Part shown: piece after piece, positions 52,736-64,000 of the stretch
How the letters are laid out: each line of letters opens with the position of its first letter
Numbering within the stretch: the stretch's first letter is position 1
From: Carcharhinus longimanus
Taxonomy: Eukaryota
Direction of reading: 5' to 3'
DNA: 64,000 bases
Assembly: GCA_030264375.1 (NCBI GenBank)
Contig: JASCQW010000027.1
Location: forward strand, 39,374,116-39,438,115
Notes under the pieces: generated by a model
Database searches by the model: none
What the model was told of the DNA's origin: nothing
What the model saw: the letters and a program-made list of their open reading frames with translations, nothing else
Translations under genes and position numbers: made by a program

Positions 52736-52919
52736 TATGTTTCATTTTATTTTAGGAAGTTAATGATGCACAAACTATAACTTCTAAGTTGAATTATTTT
52801 TAAATGTATGTGCCTGAACTTGGACTAAGGACTTTATTATTCTACGATCTCTCTTATATGGATTTTTTCGTATATAATTAAAAATGAGTTAATATCAGCA
52901 TTGATTTTTCCAGTACTTG

Positions 52920-53268
52920 AGAAGGCAATGGGCTAGTGGTATTATCATGACTATTAATCCAGAAACACAGCTAACGTTGTGGGGACCCGGGTTCAAATCC
53001 CACCACTGCAGATATTGAAATTTGAATTCAATAAAAAATATCTGGAATTAAAAATCTACTGATGACCATGAAATCATTATCGGAAAAATCCATCTGGTTC
53101 ACTAATATCCTTTAGGGAGGGAAATCTGATGTCCTTACCTGGTCTGGCCTACATGTGACTCCAGAGCAATATTGTTGATTCTCAATGTGGTTAACTGGCA
53201 GCCGATGGGCAATAAATGCTGGCCAGCATTAATTGCCCACGTCCACGGCCCACAAATGAATAAAAAAA
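52920..53268 (+). mobile_element. Deu-domain-like SINE
   Basis: B box GGTTCAAATCC; core; GAATAAAAAAA tail. Confidence 0.75.
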
Positions 53269-55417
53269 CTTTTAAAATTAAGGTTAAGTTTACGTAATTT
53301 TGGTATAATGTTGCAAAAAACATCTGTAACATAATTACAAAATAATAGTGAAATGTTTAGATATAGAGGATCTTGCATCAGTCAGTGCTTCCCACATTAT
53401 TTAACAATGTGACTTCATTTTAACACTTGAACACTAATGTAACTCACTGAATCTATAGAGTACCCTTATAAAGATTAAAAATTGAATACTGTAGTTTAAA
53501 ATTCCATCTGTTCTATAGAAAATATTCTATAAAACAAGGTTACAATCCACCAGCAGTCAAAACAAAATGGCACTCTAGCAGCGTAGGAATATTCAGTATA
53601 TAATTATTAAAGTTCATTTATGTATTCTCTTATCATAAATATGAAAATGTATTTTAAAGTACTGTGTAAAATTAATCATTTCTTGTATTTATGTAGCTTT
53701 CAGCGAAGTTCTCCAAGGCCTGAATCTTGCAATCAGCATGGCCTGAAATGAATGCGATATGCACTTCTTGAAGCGATTGAATCCTGTCTGCAAGATCACG
53801 CTGGCTGGCCAATTAAGTGGCAGCCAGTGTGAAACATGCACTAGGGAAAGGCTCTGCAGTGCTTATGGAAAGGGAAGAGGATGGGTGCCGAGCAAAGTGA
53901 GGGTGGACTTTTCCAACATGCTTCCTGAAGACTGACGGCTGCTGTGAAGAGTAGTTGCTCACCTCAGTGTACAGTTGCAAGACTATAAATCAAAGACTTG
54001 CAAATTCAAACATATGATAGCTTGTACTTTGTATCATCCCGGGTGTTTTATTCCGTCCTAGAATGTATTTGTTGCAAAAGTGTGTGGCTGATTGGCCCAT
54101 CGTTCAGCTGTAAAAGTAGATGGGCTGTATAAAATCACCACCAATTGCCTCCCTAAATGAATGAATTGTCAGCAGTCAGACTCCTGCGCATGTGTCCTTG
54201 CCAGCTGTAATGCGCACGAGTGCAATGAGATGAGGATTGCACTTCTTGCAAGATTCCATGCGCTTCTGCTCAATGTAAAATTACATCCCATATTCTTTGG
54301 CAACAAGACTCTTCTCTCTGACCCAGAAAGGCCATGCATGAATCGTGTTCCATATTGTTGCCATAAAAATGACAACCCTGGGAGAAACCTCACAACTGCT
54401 GCCCACTGGTGCAAATGCAGCAACACTAGCTTCTCATCCAAGGTTCGTGGCGTACATGTGTTCTTTATGAAGCCTCTCAGCCCGTCCGCTGGGGCAATCA
54501 CTCTTTTCTGTCCCAGCTCAGAGAGCGATGAAATAGGAAAGGACGGCACTGATTTAAATGGTGCAGGGTACAATCTTGAAGGAGACAATAAGGAACAGAA
54601 GCAAGCCATTCAGCCCATTAAGTCTGCTTCACCATTCAATAAGACCATACTAATAAAACAAACTTGACAGGCTCGCAACCTCATTTGCTGTTTCTGTGAC
54701 TCCAGTGGGGATTGTGACCCACAGTTTGGGAAGCTGGCATAAGTGCTTATATATTTCATGAGACAACTTCTAAGCAAATAATCCAAATTGAGTCTAAAGC
54801 TTAGAAAACTGTTTGCTCCAAATGGCAAGATGTGATAAGCAGAATGCCCCAGGGATATGTACTGGAGCCTCAACTTTTTAATGGAAGTATTAATGATTTG
54901 AGTCTTGAAATAGTGTTGTATATCTAAGGTTGCTGAGGCACATTAAGTTGATTGGGGGTCTAAAAAGTTGCGGGATCTAGCCTAGAGTGGACAAAGCTAT
55001 GACACAAAGGAGTTCAATCTGGAGGAAGAATTAGATTATCCACTCTTGATCTGAGGAAGTTATGTATGAACATTTTCTTATAGAGACTAGGAGTTCTGGA
55101 GGAGGAAAGGGATGCAAGTGTCCATGTATATTAATCACTAAAAAAAAGTGCACAGATACAAAAATAATCAAAAAAAGCCAGTACAGAATAGTGAAATGTT
55201 TTTGAGATCTTGCTTCAGTATAATTGCCTTATAACCATGATATAACAGTGCCCACATTTTCAAAAGCACGTTTATATCTGAGAAATAAATTTGCCCTTCC
55301 TGAGGTTGTGAAAGGTGGAACATAAAGGAACATAACAGTTGGAAACACTAAGAGTTCACTATCCTAGCGTTGCAAAGTCAAAACCAGAATTATAAAGTTA
55401 AAATGGTGTCACTTTAT

Positions 55418-55560
55418 AAACAAAAACAGCAAATACTGGAAAATCTCAGCCGGCCTGCCAGCATCTGTGGTGAGAGAATAGAACAAACGTTTCGAGTCTG
55501 GATGACCCTTCCTTCGAGCTCTGATGAAGGGTCGTCCAGTCTCAATGTTGACTCTATTCT
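55418..55560. mobile_element. palindromic Penelope-related element with two hammerhead-like cores
   Basis: inverted arms around GAGCTC 55516-55521; relatives at ~6435-6560, ~8450-8570 and ~20960-21250. Confidence 0.6.
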
Positions 55561-56250
55561 AGAACATAGAACAATACAGCACAATACAGGCCCTTCGGCC
55601 CTCAATATTGTGCCAAGCTATGTCCAATCCCAAGATCAAGCTATCCCCTCCCTATAATTCTGGAGTGCTCCATGTGCCCATCTAATCTGTCTGTTCCTCC
55701 ACATTTCTTAGAACCCTGCCATTGACCCTGTAATCCGCATTCAAGTTTGTCCTACCAAAATGAATCACCTCACACTTATCAGGGTTAAACTCCATCAGCC
55801 ACTTTTTGGCCCAGCTCTGCATCCTATCAATGTCTTTTTGCAGCCTGCAAGAGCCCTCCACCTCATCCACTATCCACCAACCTTGGTGTCATCAGCAAAT
55901 TTACTAACTCACCCTTCAGCCCCCTCTTCCAAGTCATTGATAAAAATCACAAACAGCAGAGATCCCCTGTGGTACACTGCTGGTAACTGGCCTCCAGTCT
56001 GAAAATTTTCCTTCTGCCACCACCCTCTGTCTTCATGACATAGCCAGTTACTTATCCAATCAGCCAAATTTCCTTTTTTCCCACACTTCCTTATTTTCTT
56101 CATGAGATAAGGTTCCCCACCATGGGAACCTTATCAAACACCTTACTAAAATCCATGTATATGACACCAACTGCTCTACCTTCGTCTACACGCTTAGTTA
56201 CCTCCTCAAAGAATTCAATCAAATTTGTGAGTCAGGATTTACCTCTCACT
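55561..56250 (-). mobile_element. CR1-like LINE fragment
   Basis: LQKDIDRMQSWAKKWLMEFNPDKCEVIHFG. Confidence 0.85.
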
Positions 56251-56589
56251 TACCTCTGACTATCACGGATGTCGCTCCTTATCGCCAGTGGATTAAAAAT
56301 CTGAGACTCATATTCCTATTGCCAGCTGCTGCCTTCCTTGCAGTTATTTGAGTTTGAAAGGCTTGTCCCTTCCTTTAATGTCCTAGAAGGTTGAGAGCCT
56401 CCTGCACTGCCTGAGCATTTAATGACTGCTCCTCTTATAAACCGTGCTAACACAATGGATAAGGTGCCAATGGATGAGTCTGAGCCCTTCTTCCTTTTAT
56501 TGGTTCAATTAAGTTGGAGTACCCATCTCCAGGCACCCAATCTGCTCTGACCCAGCTTGCAGCCTGTGCATCTCTATCAATACCTCAAC

Positions 56590-56865
56590 ATAAAATCCCT
56601 ACAGTACAAAACAGGCCATTTGGCACATCTGCACCAACTCTCTACAGAGCAACTTATCTCTCCCTCTCCCTTGCCCTTTTCCTGCAACCCCACACATTTC
56701 TCATGACCAGCCATCCAACTTGCACATCTTTAGATTGTGGGGGGGGGGCCGGAGCTCCTGGAGAAACCCACGCAGATGCAGGGAGAACGTCAAACACCAA
56801 ACACACATTCACCCAAGTCCCTGGAGTTGTGAGGCAGTAGTGGTAACCACTGTGCCATCATGCCA
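56590..56865 (-). mobile_element. HE1-like V-SINE
   Basis: tRNA-like head and V core. Confidence 0.7.
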
Positions 56866-57974
56866 CCTCAACATATCCTCAACAAGTTCTTAATAACTTC
56901 TTAAACTAATTTAATTGCAATTATCAGCTGAGCAGTTGGTTTCTGGGGGCTGCCCACCTCCTGTCCTTGTGGTGGGAACAATAATGTGGAGCCAACCTGT
57001 CAGCAGGGATGGTATTCTCATCCCCTCTTTTCCATCCAGCAGGATTTAAAGATTCAGTCCCGTGAGAGCGGTACCATAATTTAGAAGCTGAGAGAAAGTG
57101 GTGCAGGAGCGGGAGGGGGGAATAGTTTTCTTGGTAAACAACTTCTAAAATGTATATCCTTGTTTTATTTTGGCCTGAGGTCTGAGACGTTGCTGTGAAG
57201 CACATCCAATGAAGAATATTTCAGACAATATTTGGTCTTCTTTCAACGATTAATCTTGAAGAACCCACAACTTTGATCTCTAGTCTTATGTGTATCAGGA
57301 AAAAATATGCTATTCTGGCTCTTTACTAAGAGCAGAGAGTGCAACAAGCTGCTGTCAGCAACACTAATTTGTTCCATATCTCTGGGATAAAGGTGTGTCA
57401 GGAAAAGGGGCCCAAGAATTCAGAGATGGGAAGAATATAATTGTGCCACTGTTATTCTATATACAACATAGGAAAACTATAATATAAAAAATTGCCAAAA
57501 TCTTAATCCTAATACATCTGATGAAAATGCTAAATATGACTGAACTGTGTGCTAACAAATAACAAAATCTAACTAAAAACTAATCTTAGGGCTGGATTTT
57601 CTTCAGGATGTGAGTGAGAATAGTCATACTTAGTTTTTCTTTGTGGAAATCTAATTTTCCTCAGCTGTCCTGGCCCATACTATTTTCCTTTAGTCTTTTT
57701 GTAGGTCAGCCATGCCTCCTGAGCAAAACACATACTCACCCTAACTGATATTGAGTTACTTTCTCAGGAGGCTAAGGAAATTTGGCATGTCCACCACGAC
57801 TCGCACGAATTTTTAACCATGCACCAGAGAGCAGCCTTTCTGGATGTATCACACCTTGGTATGGCCAAGACCACAAGAAACTATGTTGTGAATATAACCC
57901 AGTCCATTACACAAAATGGCCTCCCCTCCATTGACCCTGACTACACTTCCCAAGACTACACTACACATATTCCA

Positions 57975-58790
57975 AAATTCACTGGATCCCAGAAAGGCAC
58001 CGCTGGACTAGAAACGTGTTAATGTGATGCCCTTATTCAAGAAAGGAGAGAGGCAAAAAGTTGGAAAATAAAGACCAGTCAGCTTGATGTCTGTGGTGGA
58101 AAAGTTACTGGAGTCAATCAATAATGAGGAGGCGACTGAGCATCTGGAAAAACAAAGCTCAATTCACCAGTGTCAACATGGTTTTGTGAAGGGCAAATCT
58201 TGATTGACAAACCTGCTAGAGCTCTTTGAGGATGCAACTAGCAAGATGGATAACAGGGATCCTGTGGATGTGATCTATCCGGACTTCCAGAAAGCATTCG
58301 ATAAGGTGCCACACTACAATCTGATCCAAATTAGGTCCCAAGGGGTTGGGGGTAGATTAGTAGCTTGAATTGAGGATTGATAGAAAGCAGTGGGTTGTGA
58401 TAAATGGGTCCTTCTCTAGTTGACGATCTGTAACTATTGGGGTCCCGCACGGTTCAGTACTTGGACCACAACTATTTATAATCTATATCAATGATTTACA
58501 GGCAGGGACAGAGGATAACATAGTGAAATTTGCTGACGACACAAAAATAGGTGGAAAGCAGACTGTGATGAGGAGATAAAAAATTTACAAATGGATATTG
58601 ACAGGCTAGAGGAATGGCCAGAATCTGGCAGATGGTGTTTAATGTGGATAAATGCAAGGTTATCCATTTTGGCCAGGAAAATAAAAGGGCAAATTATTAT
58701 TTAAATGGGAAACAGATTCAAAAGGCATGTGTGCAGTGGATCTGGGTGCCCTTGTGCATGAATCTCAGAAAGTGGCTATTCAGGAGTAGA
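57975..58790 (+). mobile_element. CR1-like LINE RT fragment
   Basis: QHGFVKGKS; DFQKAFDKVPH; KFADDTK. Confidence 0.85.
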
Positions 58791-60075
58791 ATGTTACAGA
58801 ACATTGAACAATACAACACAGTACAGGCCCTTCGGCCCTCAATGTTGTGCCGAGCTATGTCCAAACCCAAGATCAAGCTTCTTTCAATGCTTAATCTTGA
58901 AGAACCCACGTCTTTGATCTCTAGTCTTATGTGTGTCAGGAAAGAATATGCTATCATGGCTCTTTACTAAGAGCAGAGAGTGCAACAAGCTGCTGTCAGC
59001 AACACTAATTTGTTCCATATCTCTGGGATAAAGNNNNNNNNNNNNNNNNNNNNNNNNNNNNNNNNNNNNNNNNNNNNNNNNNNNNNNNNNNNNNNNNNNN
59101 NNNNNNNNNNNNNNNNNNNNNNNNNNNNNNNNNACCACCTTACTTGGCAGAGCATTCCATACCCCCACTACCCTCTGTGTGAAAAACCTCCCTCTAATAT
59201 CTGTGTTGTAACTCTCCCCCCTCACCTTAAGTCCATGGCCCTTTGTCCTACATGACTCTATTATAGGAGGTTTACCTTTGCCTGGATTGGAGAGATGGAA
59301 CAGCCTGGACTTTGCAGCCTGTATTAATGATCTGAAATGAACACACTCAACAATCATGTTCATGCTTTCATGAATTTCTTAAATTTCCACAAATTCACAC
59401 AGTTTCACCTAATCCAAAATCCCAGCATTCTTTAAGACTTACTGATGTTTGAATTTTAATGTTTTCATTTTGTCTGCACAGAAGCTGGCAGCATTTTAAA
59501 CCAAACTTCCAATTGTTTTTAAATCTGTTAGCCTCTTCAAACTGATATTTCAATTTCTGATATTTGCTGTCAACTTCCTCCATTTAACAATGATTCATTA
59601 GTGACCGCAGAATATGGAGCTGCAACTTCCAAACTTCCTAGTGTCAAAGATGCGCTGGTGAATCCTTCTCAGACTTTTATAGGTAAGGCTTTGCACAGCA
59701 ATTGCCCAGAAGCGCAGACTTCCTACGGCAAATGTTGGAAACCATCTGAAAATGCAATTTAAATTGCTAACTTCACATGGTTCTGCGAGGGTTCTGCTGG
59801 TGTTGGGGCACACACAGCCTGAAAATCCCACTTATAGTTTGATCAGGGATAGTCACCATGACCTTGTCAAAGAGAGGTCATGCCAAACAAATTTGATGAA
59901 TTTTTCAAGGAGGGGATTGGGTGTGTAGATGAGAGTAGTGCAGTTGAAGTAGTTTATATGAATTTAAGCAAAACCTTAGCAAGGTCCCACATGGGAGACT
60001 GATTGAGAAGGTAAAAGCACATGGGATCCAGGGTAACTTGACACGTTGGATCCAAAACTGGCTTAGTGATAGGAC

Positions 60076-60585
60076 AGTAAGAAGTCTCACATCACCAGGT
60101 TAAAGTCCAACAGGTTTTTTTGGTAGCAAACGCTACTAGCTTTCGGGGCTCTGCCCCTTCATCAGGTGAGTGGGGAGTTCTGATCACAAACAGGGCATAT
60201 AATGACCCATACTCGGTTTACAGAATACTGATTGGAATGTGAGTCTTCACAGCTAATTAAGTCTTAAAGGTGCAGACAACGTAGTGGAGATAGCATTAAG
60301 CATAGAATAAAGAGATGTGTATTGTCTCCAGTGTTGGTGAACACTTCAGCGGTCATGGGCATTCGGTCTCTGATCTTTGGGTAAGTGTTCTCCAAGGCGG
60401 CCTTCACGACACACGACAGCAGTCGCTGAGCAGAGACTGACAGCCAAGTTCCGTACATATGAGGATGGTCTCAACCAGGATCTTGGGTTCATGTCACATT
60501 ATTTGTAACCCCCACGACTTGCCTGGGCTTGCAAAGTCTCACTTACTGTCCTGTCTGGAGACAATATGCATCTCTTTAACCTATG
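60076..60585. mobile_element. Penelope-like element: inverted terminal segment plus GIY-YIG C-terminal coding remnant
   Basis: GEHFSGHGHSVSDLWVSVLQGG..AEQRL.AKFRTYEDGLNQDLG on the plus strand; hammerhead-like core on the minus strand. Confidence 0.8.
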
Positions 60586-60590
60586 GTACC

Positions 60591-60937
60591 GTGGGTGGCA
60601 TGGTAGCACAGTGGTTAATACTGTGCTTCACAACTCCAGGGACCTGGGTTCGATTCCCAGCTTGGGTCACTCTGTGTGGAGTTTGCATGTTCTCCTCGTG
60701 TCTGCGTGAGTTTCCTCTGGGTGCTCCGGTTTCCTCCCACAGTCCAAAGATGTGCGGGTTAGGTTGATTGGCCATGCTAAAAAAATTGCCCTTAGTGCCC
60801 TGGGATGCATAGGTTGGAGGGATTAGTGGGTAAATATGTAGGGATACGGGGGTGGGGCCTGGGTGGGATTGTGTCGGTGCAGACTCGATGGGCTGAATGG
60901 CCTGTTTCTGTACTGTGGGGTTTCTATGATTCTATGA
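60591..60937 (+). mobile_element. full-length HE1-like V-SINE
   Basis: A box TAGCACAGTGG, B box GGTTCGATTCC, V core and (TTCTATGA)2 tail. Confidence 0.85.
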
Positions 60938-61079
60938 AAACAACTCTAGCCTATCAAATCTTTCCTCAGAGGTAAAATTCTCCAAACCTGACAATATATT
61001 TGTAAATCTCCTATTACCTTCTGGAATGATTACATTCTTCCTGTGTTGTCGTGGCTAGGACTGTATGCAGCTCCCTACT

Positions 61080-63720
61080 GGGGAGATTGTGACATAGTGG
61101 TAATGTCTAGTGATCCAGAGGCCTTGGCTAATGCTGAGTTAACATGGATCTGAATCACACTACAGTGGAATTTAAATTCAATTAATAAAATCTGGTGTCC
61201 ATAAAACTATCATCAATTGTCATAAAAACCCATTTGGTTCACCAATGTCTTTTAGGGAAGGAAATCTGCTATCCTTCCTTGGTCTGGCCTGCATGTGACT
61301 TCAGACCCACAGCAATGTGGTTCACTCTCAACTGTCCTCTGAACAGCCTAACAATCCACTCAATTGTTTGAAAAACCGTTATAAAATCCACAAAAAGGAA
61401 TGAAACTGAACAGACCATCTGGTATCAACCTGGGCACCAGAAATGACAATGGCAAATGCAGCCCTATAGACCCTTCTTACTTGTGCCAAGATTTGGAGAG
61501 CTGTTTCACACACTAGTCAAGAAAGTGACTGTCATATTCATAGAACTGTATCTTACAGACATCACCATCACCACACCTGGGTATGTCCTTTCTCACCAAC
61601 AGGACAGACCCACTAGAAGAGACGGCATAGTGGATATAGAGTGAGGAGGGAATTGACCACATCAGCTCTGGATCCTATGAAATCTCATAGTATTTGCTTG
61701 TTCATATTTGATCTGGTACCCTGTTGATTCCCATCTATCACACCCCACCCCCAGCCATTGATGAATCAGTACTTTTCTGGGTTGAGCACCATTTGGAGGA
61801 AATACTGAAAGCTGCAAGGATACAGAATGTGGTCTGGGTGGGGGACTTCTGTGTCCATCATAAAGAGTGGCTCCAAAACACTACTGCTGACAGAACTGGC
61901 TGGGTCCTAAAGTAGTCATGATGTGGAGATGCTGGCATTGGACTGGGGTAAACACAGTAAGAAGTCTTTAACCTGGTGTTGTGAGACTTCTTACTGGGTC
62001 CTAAAGGACATAGCTGCTACATTCGGTCTGCAACAGGTGATAAGGAAATCAACAGAGGGAATAACCTACTTGACCTCATTCTCACTGCCATTCACAGATA
62101 CATTTCTCCATGACTAGGAGTGACCACCACACATTCCTGGTGGAGATGAAGTTCTGTCTTTGCATCAAGGATATCCTCCACTGTGTTGTGTGGAGCTGCC
62201 ATCGTGCTAAATGGGATAGAGTTTGAACACGTCCAGCAACTCAAGAGTGGATATCCATGAGGCACTATGGGACATCAGCAGCAGCAGCAGAATTGTACTC
62301 AAGTACAATTTATAATCTCATGGCCCGGTATATCCCCCACTCTATCATTTGCTAGGGCATCAACCCTTGTTCAATGTCAGGGCAGCAATAAAAATGAAGC
62401 ATAAACTTGGTGAAGTTACAACATGGGACTACCTACATGTCAAATAGCGAAAGCAGTATGCATAGACAAGGCAAGCCAAGGCTAAGCAATTCCATTAATG
62501 ACTCAGATATAAGGTCTGCAATCCAGTAGTGAATGGTGGTGGAGAATTAAATAACTAAGAAGAAGAAGAAGCAGGGATGGAGCAGCCCAGCACATCAGTG
62601 CTAAAGATAAGGCTGATACATTTGCAAATATCCTCAGCTAGACATGCTGATTGGGTGATCCATCTTGGCTGCCTCCTGAGATCTCCAGCATCACTGAAGT
62701 CAGTCTCCAACCAATTTGATTCACTCTGGGTGATAGCATGAAACAGGTGAAGGCATTCAATACAGCAAAGGCTATAGGCCCTGACAATATTCTGGCAATA
62801 ATACTGAAGACTTGCACTCCAGAACTTGCCGTTCTCCTAGCCAAGCCATTCCAGTGCAGCCACAACACCAGCATCTTCTGGGCAACGTGGAAAAATGCCC
62901 AGGTATGTCCTGTATACAAAAGGTAGGACAAATCCAACCTGGCCAATTTCCACCCAATCAGTCGACTCTCAATCATCAGTACAGTGATAAAAGATGTCGT
63001 CAACAGTGCTAGTGAGTGGAACTTGCTCAGCAATAACCTGCTCACTGACTCTCACTTTGGGACCTTCCAGGATCACTTAGCTCTTGATCTCATTACTTTG
63101 ACATCAAGGCAGCATTTGACTGAGTATGGCATCAAAAAGTATTTATAAAACTGGACTCAATGGAAATCAGGGCGAAAACCTTCCACTGGTTGGAGTCATA
63201 CCTGACACAAAGGAAGATGGTTGTGGTTGTTGGAGATCAATCATCTCAATTCTGGAACATCACTGCAGGAGTTCCTCAGGACATCGTCCTAGAGCCAACC
63301 ATCTTCAGCTGCTTCATCAATGACCTTCCCTCCATCATAAGGTCAGCAGTGGGGATGTACACTGATGATTGCACAATATTCAGCTCTGTCCATGACTCCT
63401 CAGACACTGAAGCAGTCCATGCCCACATGCAGCAGGACCTGAACAATATCCAGGCTTGGGCTGATGTGTGCATAAATGTTATTTTCCACTTAAATGTCAG
63501 GCAATGACCATCTTCAACAAGAGAGAATCTAACCATCTCCCCATGAAATTCAAAGGCATGACCTTTGCTGAATCCCCTATCAACACCCTCCTGCAGATTA
63601 CCATTAACCAAAAATTGAACTGGATCAGCCATAAAAATACTGTGGCTGCAAGAGCAGGTCAGGGACGGGGAATTTTGAAGCGAGAAACTCACTGACTCTC
63701 CAAAGCTGTACACCATCATG
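61080..63720 (+). mobile_element. decayed non-LTR retrotransposon (APE endonuclease plus RT) with a SINE-like 5' end
   Basis: GYVLSHQQDR; WVGDFCVHH; KAIGPDNI; AGVPQD..FSCFINDLP..YTDDC. Confidence 0.85.
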
Positions 63721-64000
63721 TCACTGGAGTCAGTAACACAGAAAGACCAACCTGATGGGATTCTGTCACATACATATTAATGATTGCCATTTTGACATAA
63801 CAAGCTAATTGAACACTGACATTTTTCCATGTGGTTTAGCCTGTGTCCAGCCTGTCTCAATTTAACCAATTTTCTCTCGCAAAGTACCAATAGTCCAACT
63901 TAAGTCAGGGAGGCATACTTCAATCTATATCATTGTGAGTAAAATGAATAATTCTAAAGAGGTAGCCCACTATGGCATTTGTTGATGCTTTAATAGTGGA

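Noticed and set aside
54161-54667. Overlapping 168-aa and 146-aa ORFs downstream of MYB
   Set aside because: No recognisable domain, partly within repeat sequence, no convincing exon structure
59395-59831. Possible minus-strand exon of a convergent neighbour such as AHI1
   Set aside because: All frames between plausible splice sites contain stops; no recognisable similarity
60591-60670. tRNA gene
   Set aside because: A and B boxes belong to a SINE head that continues into the V core and tail; no cloverleaf

Overview
Eukaryotic genomic DNA with many N gaps. The repeat content (HE1-like V-SINEs, Deu-domain SINEs, CR1, Rex1/Babar and Penelope-like elements) points to a cartilaginous fish; this is inference. 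The window holds one complete + strand gene, the c-Myb transcription factor MYB. It has 15 constitutive coding exons (ATG 23480, TAA 51491-51493, 1914 nt, 637 aa), a 363-nt in-frame optional exon (9B-type, 758-aa form), a core promoter and a ~1.2-kb 3' UTR rich in miRNA seed sites. Four signals are most interesting. (1) A separate CpG island ~3.5 kb upstream has a ~85-bp-period array of CGCGCATGCGAGATTC (NRF1-like) motifs, a CDE/CHR-like element and a candidate alternative first exon (MDTSFG) that would splice in frame to MYB exon 2. (2) Intron 8 has a candidate cryptic terminal exon with four TGCATG motifs that would truncate Myb after the activation domain. (3) Several Penelope-derived elements carry minimal hammerhead-ribozyme motifs, one with compensatory stem changes. 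(4) One LINE copy begins with a tRNA/Deu-SINE-like head. Repeat boundaries are approximate, and comparisons with human MYB are from memory, not computed alignments.
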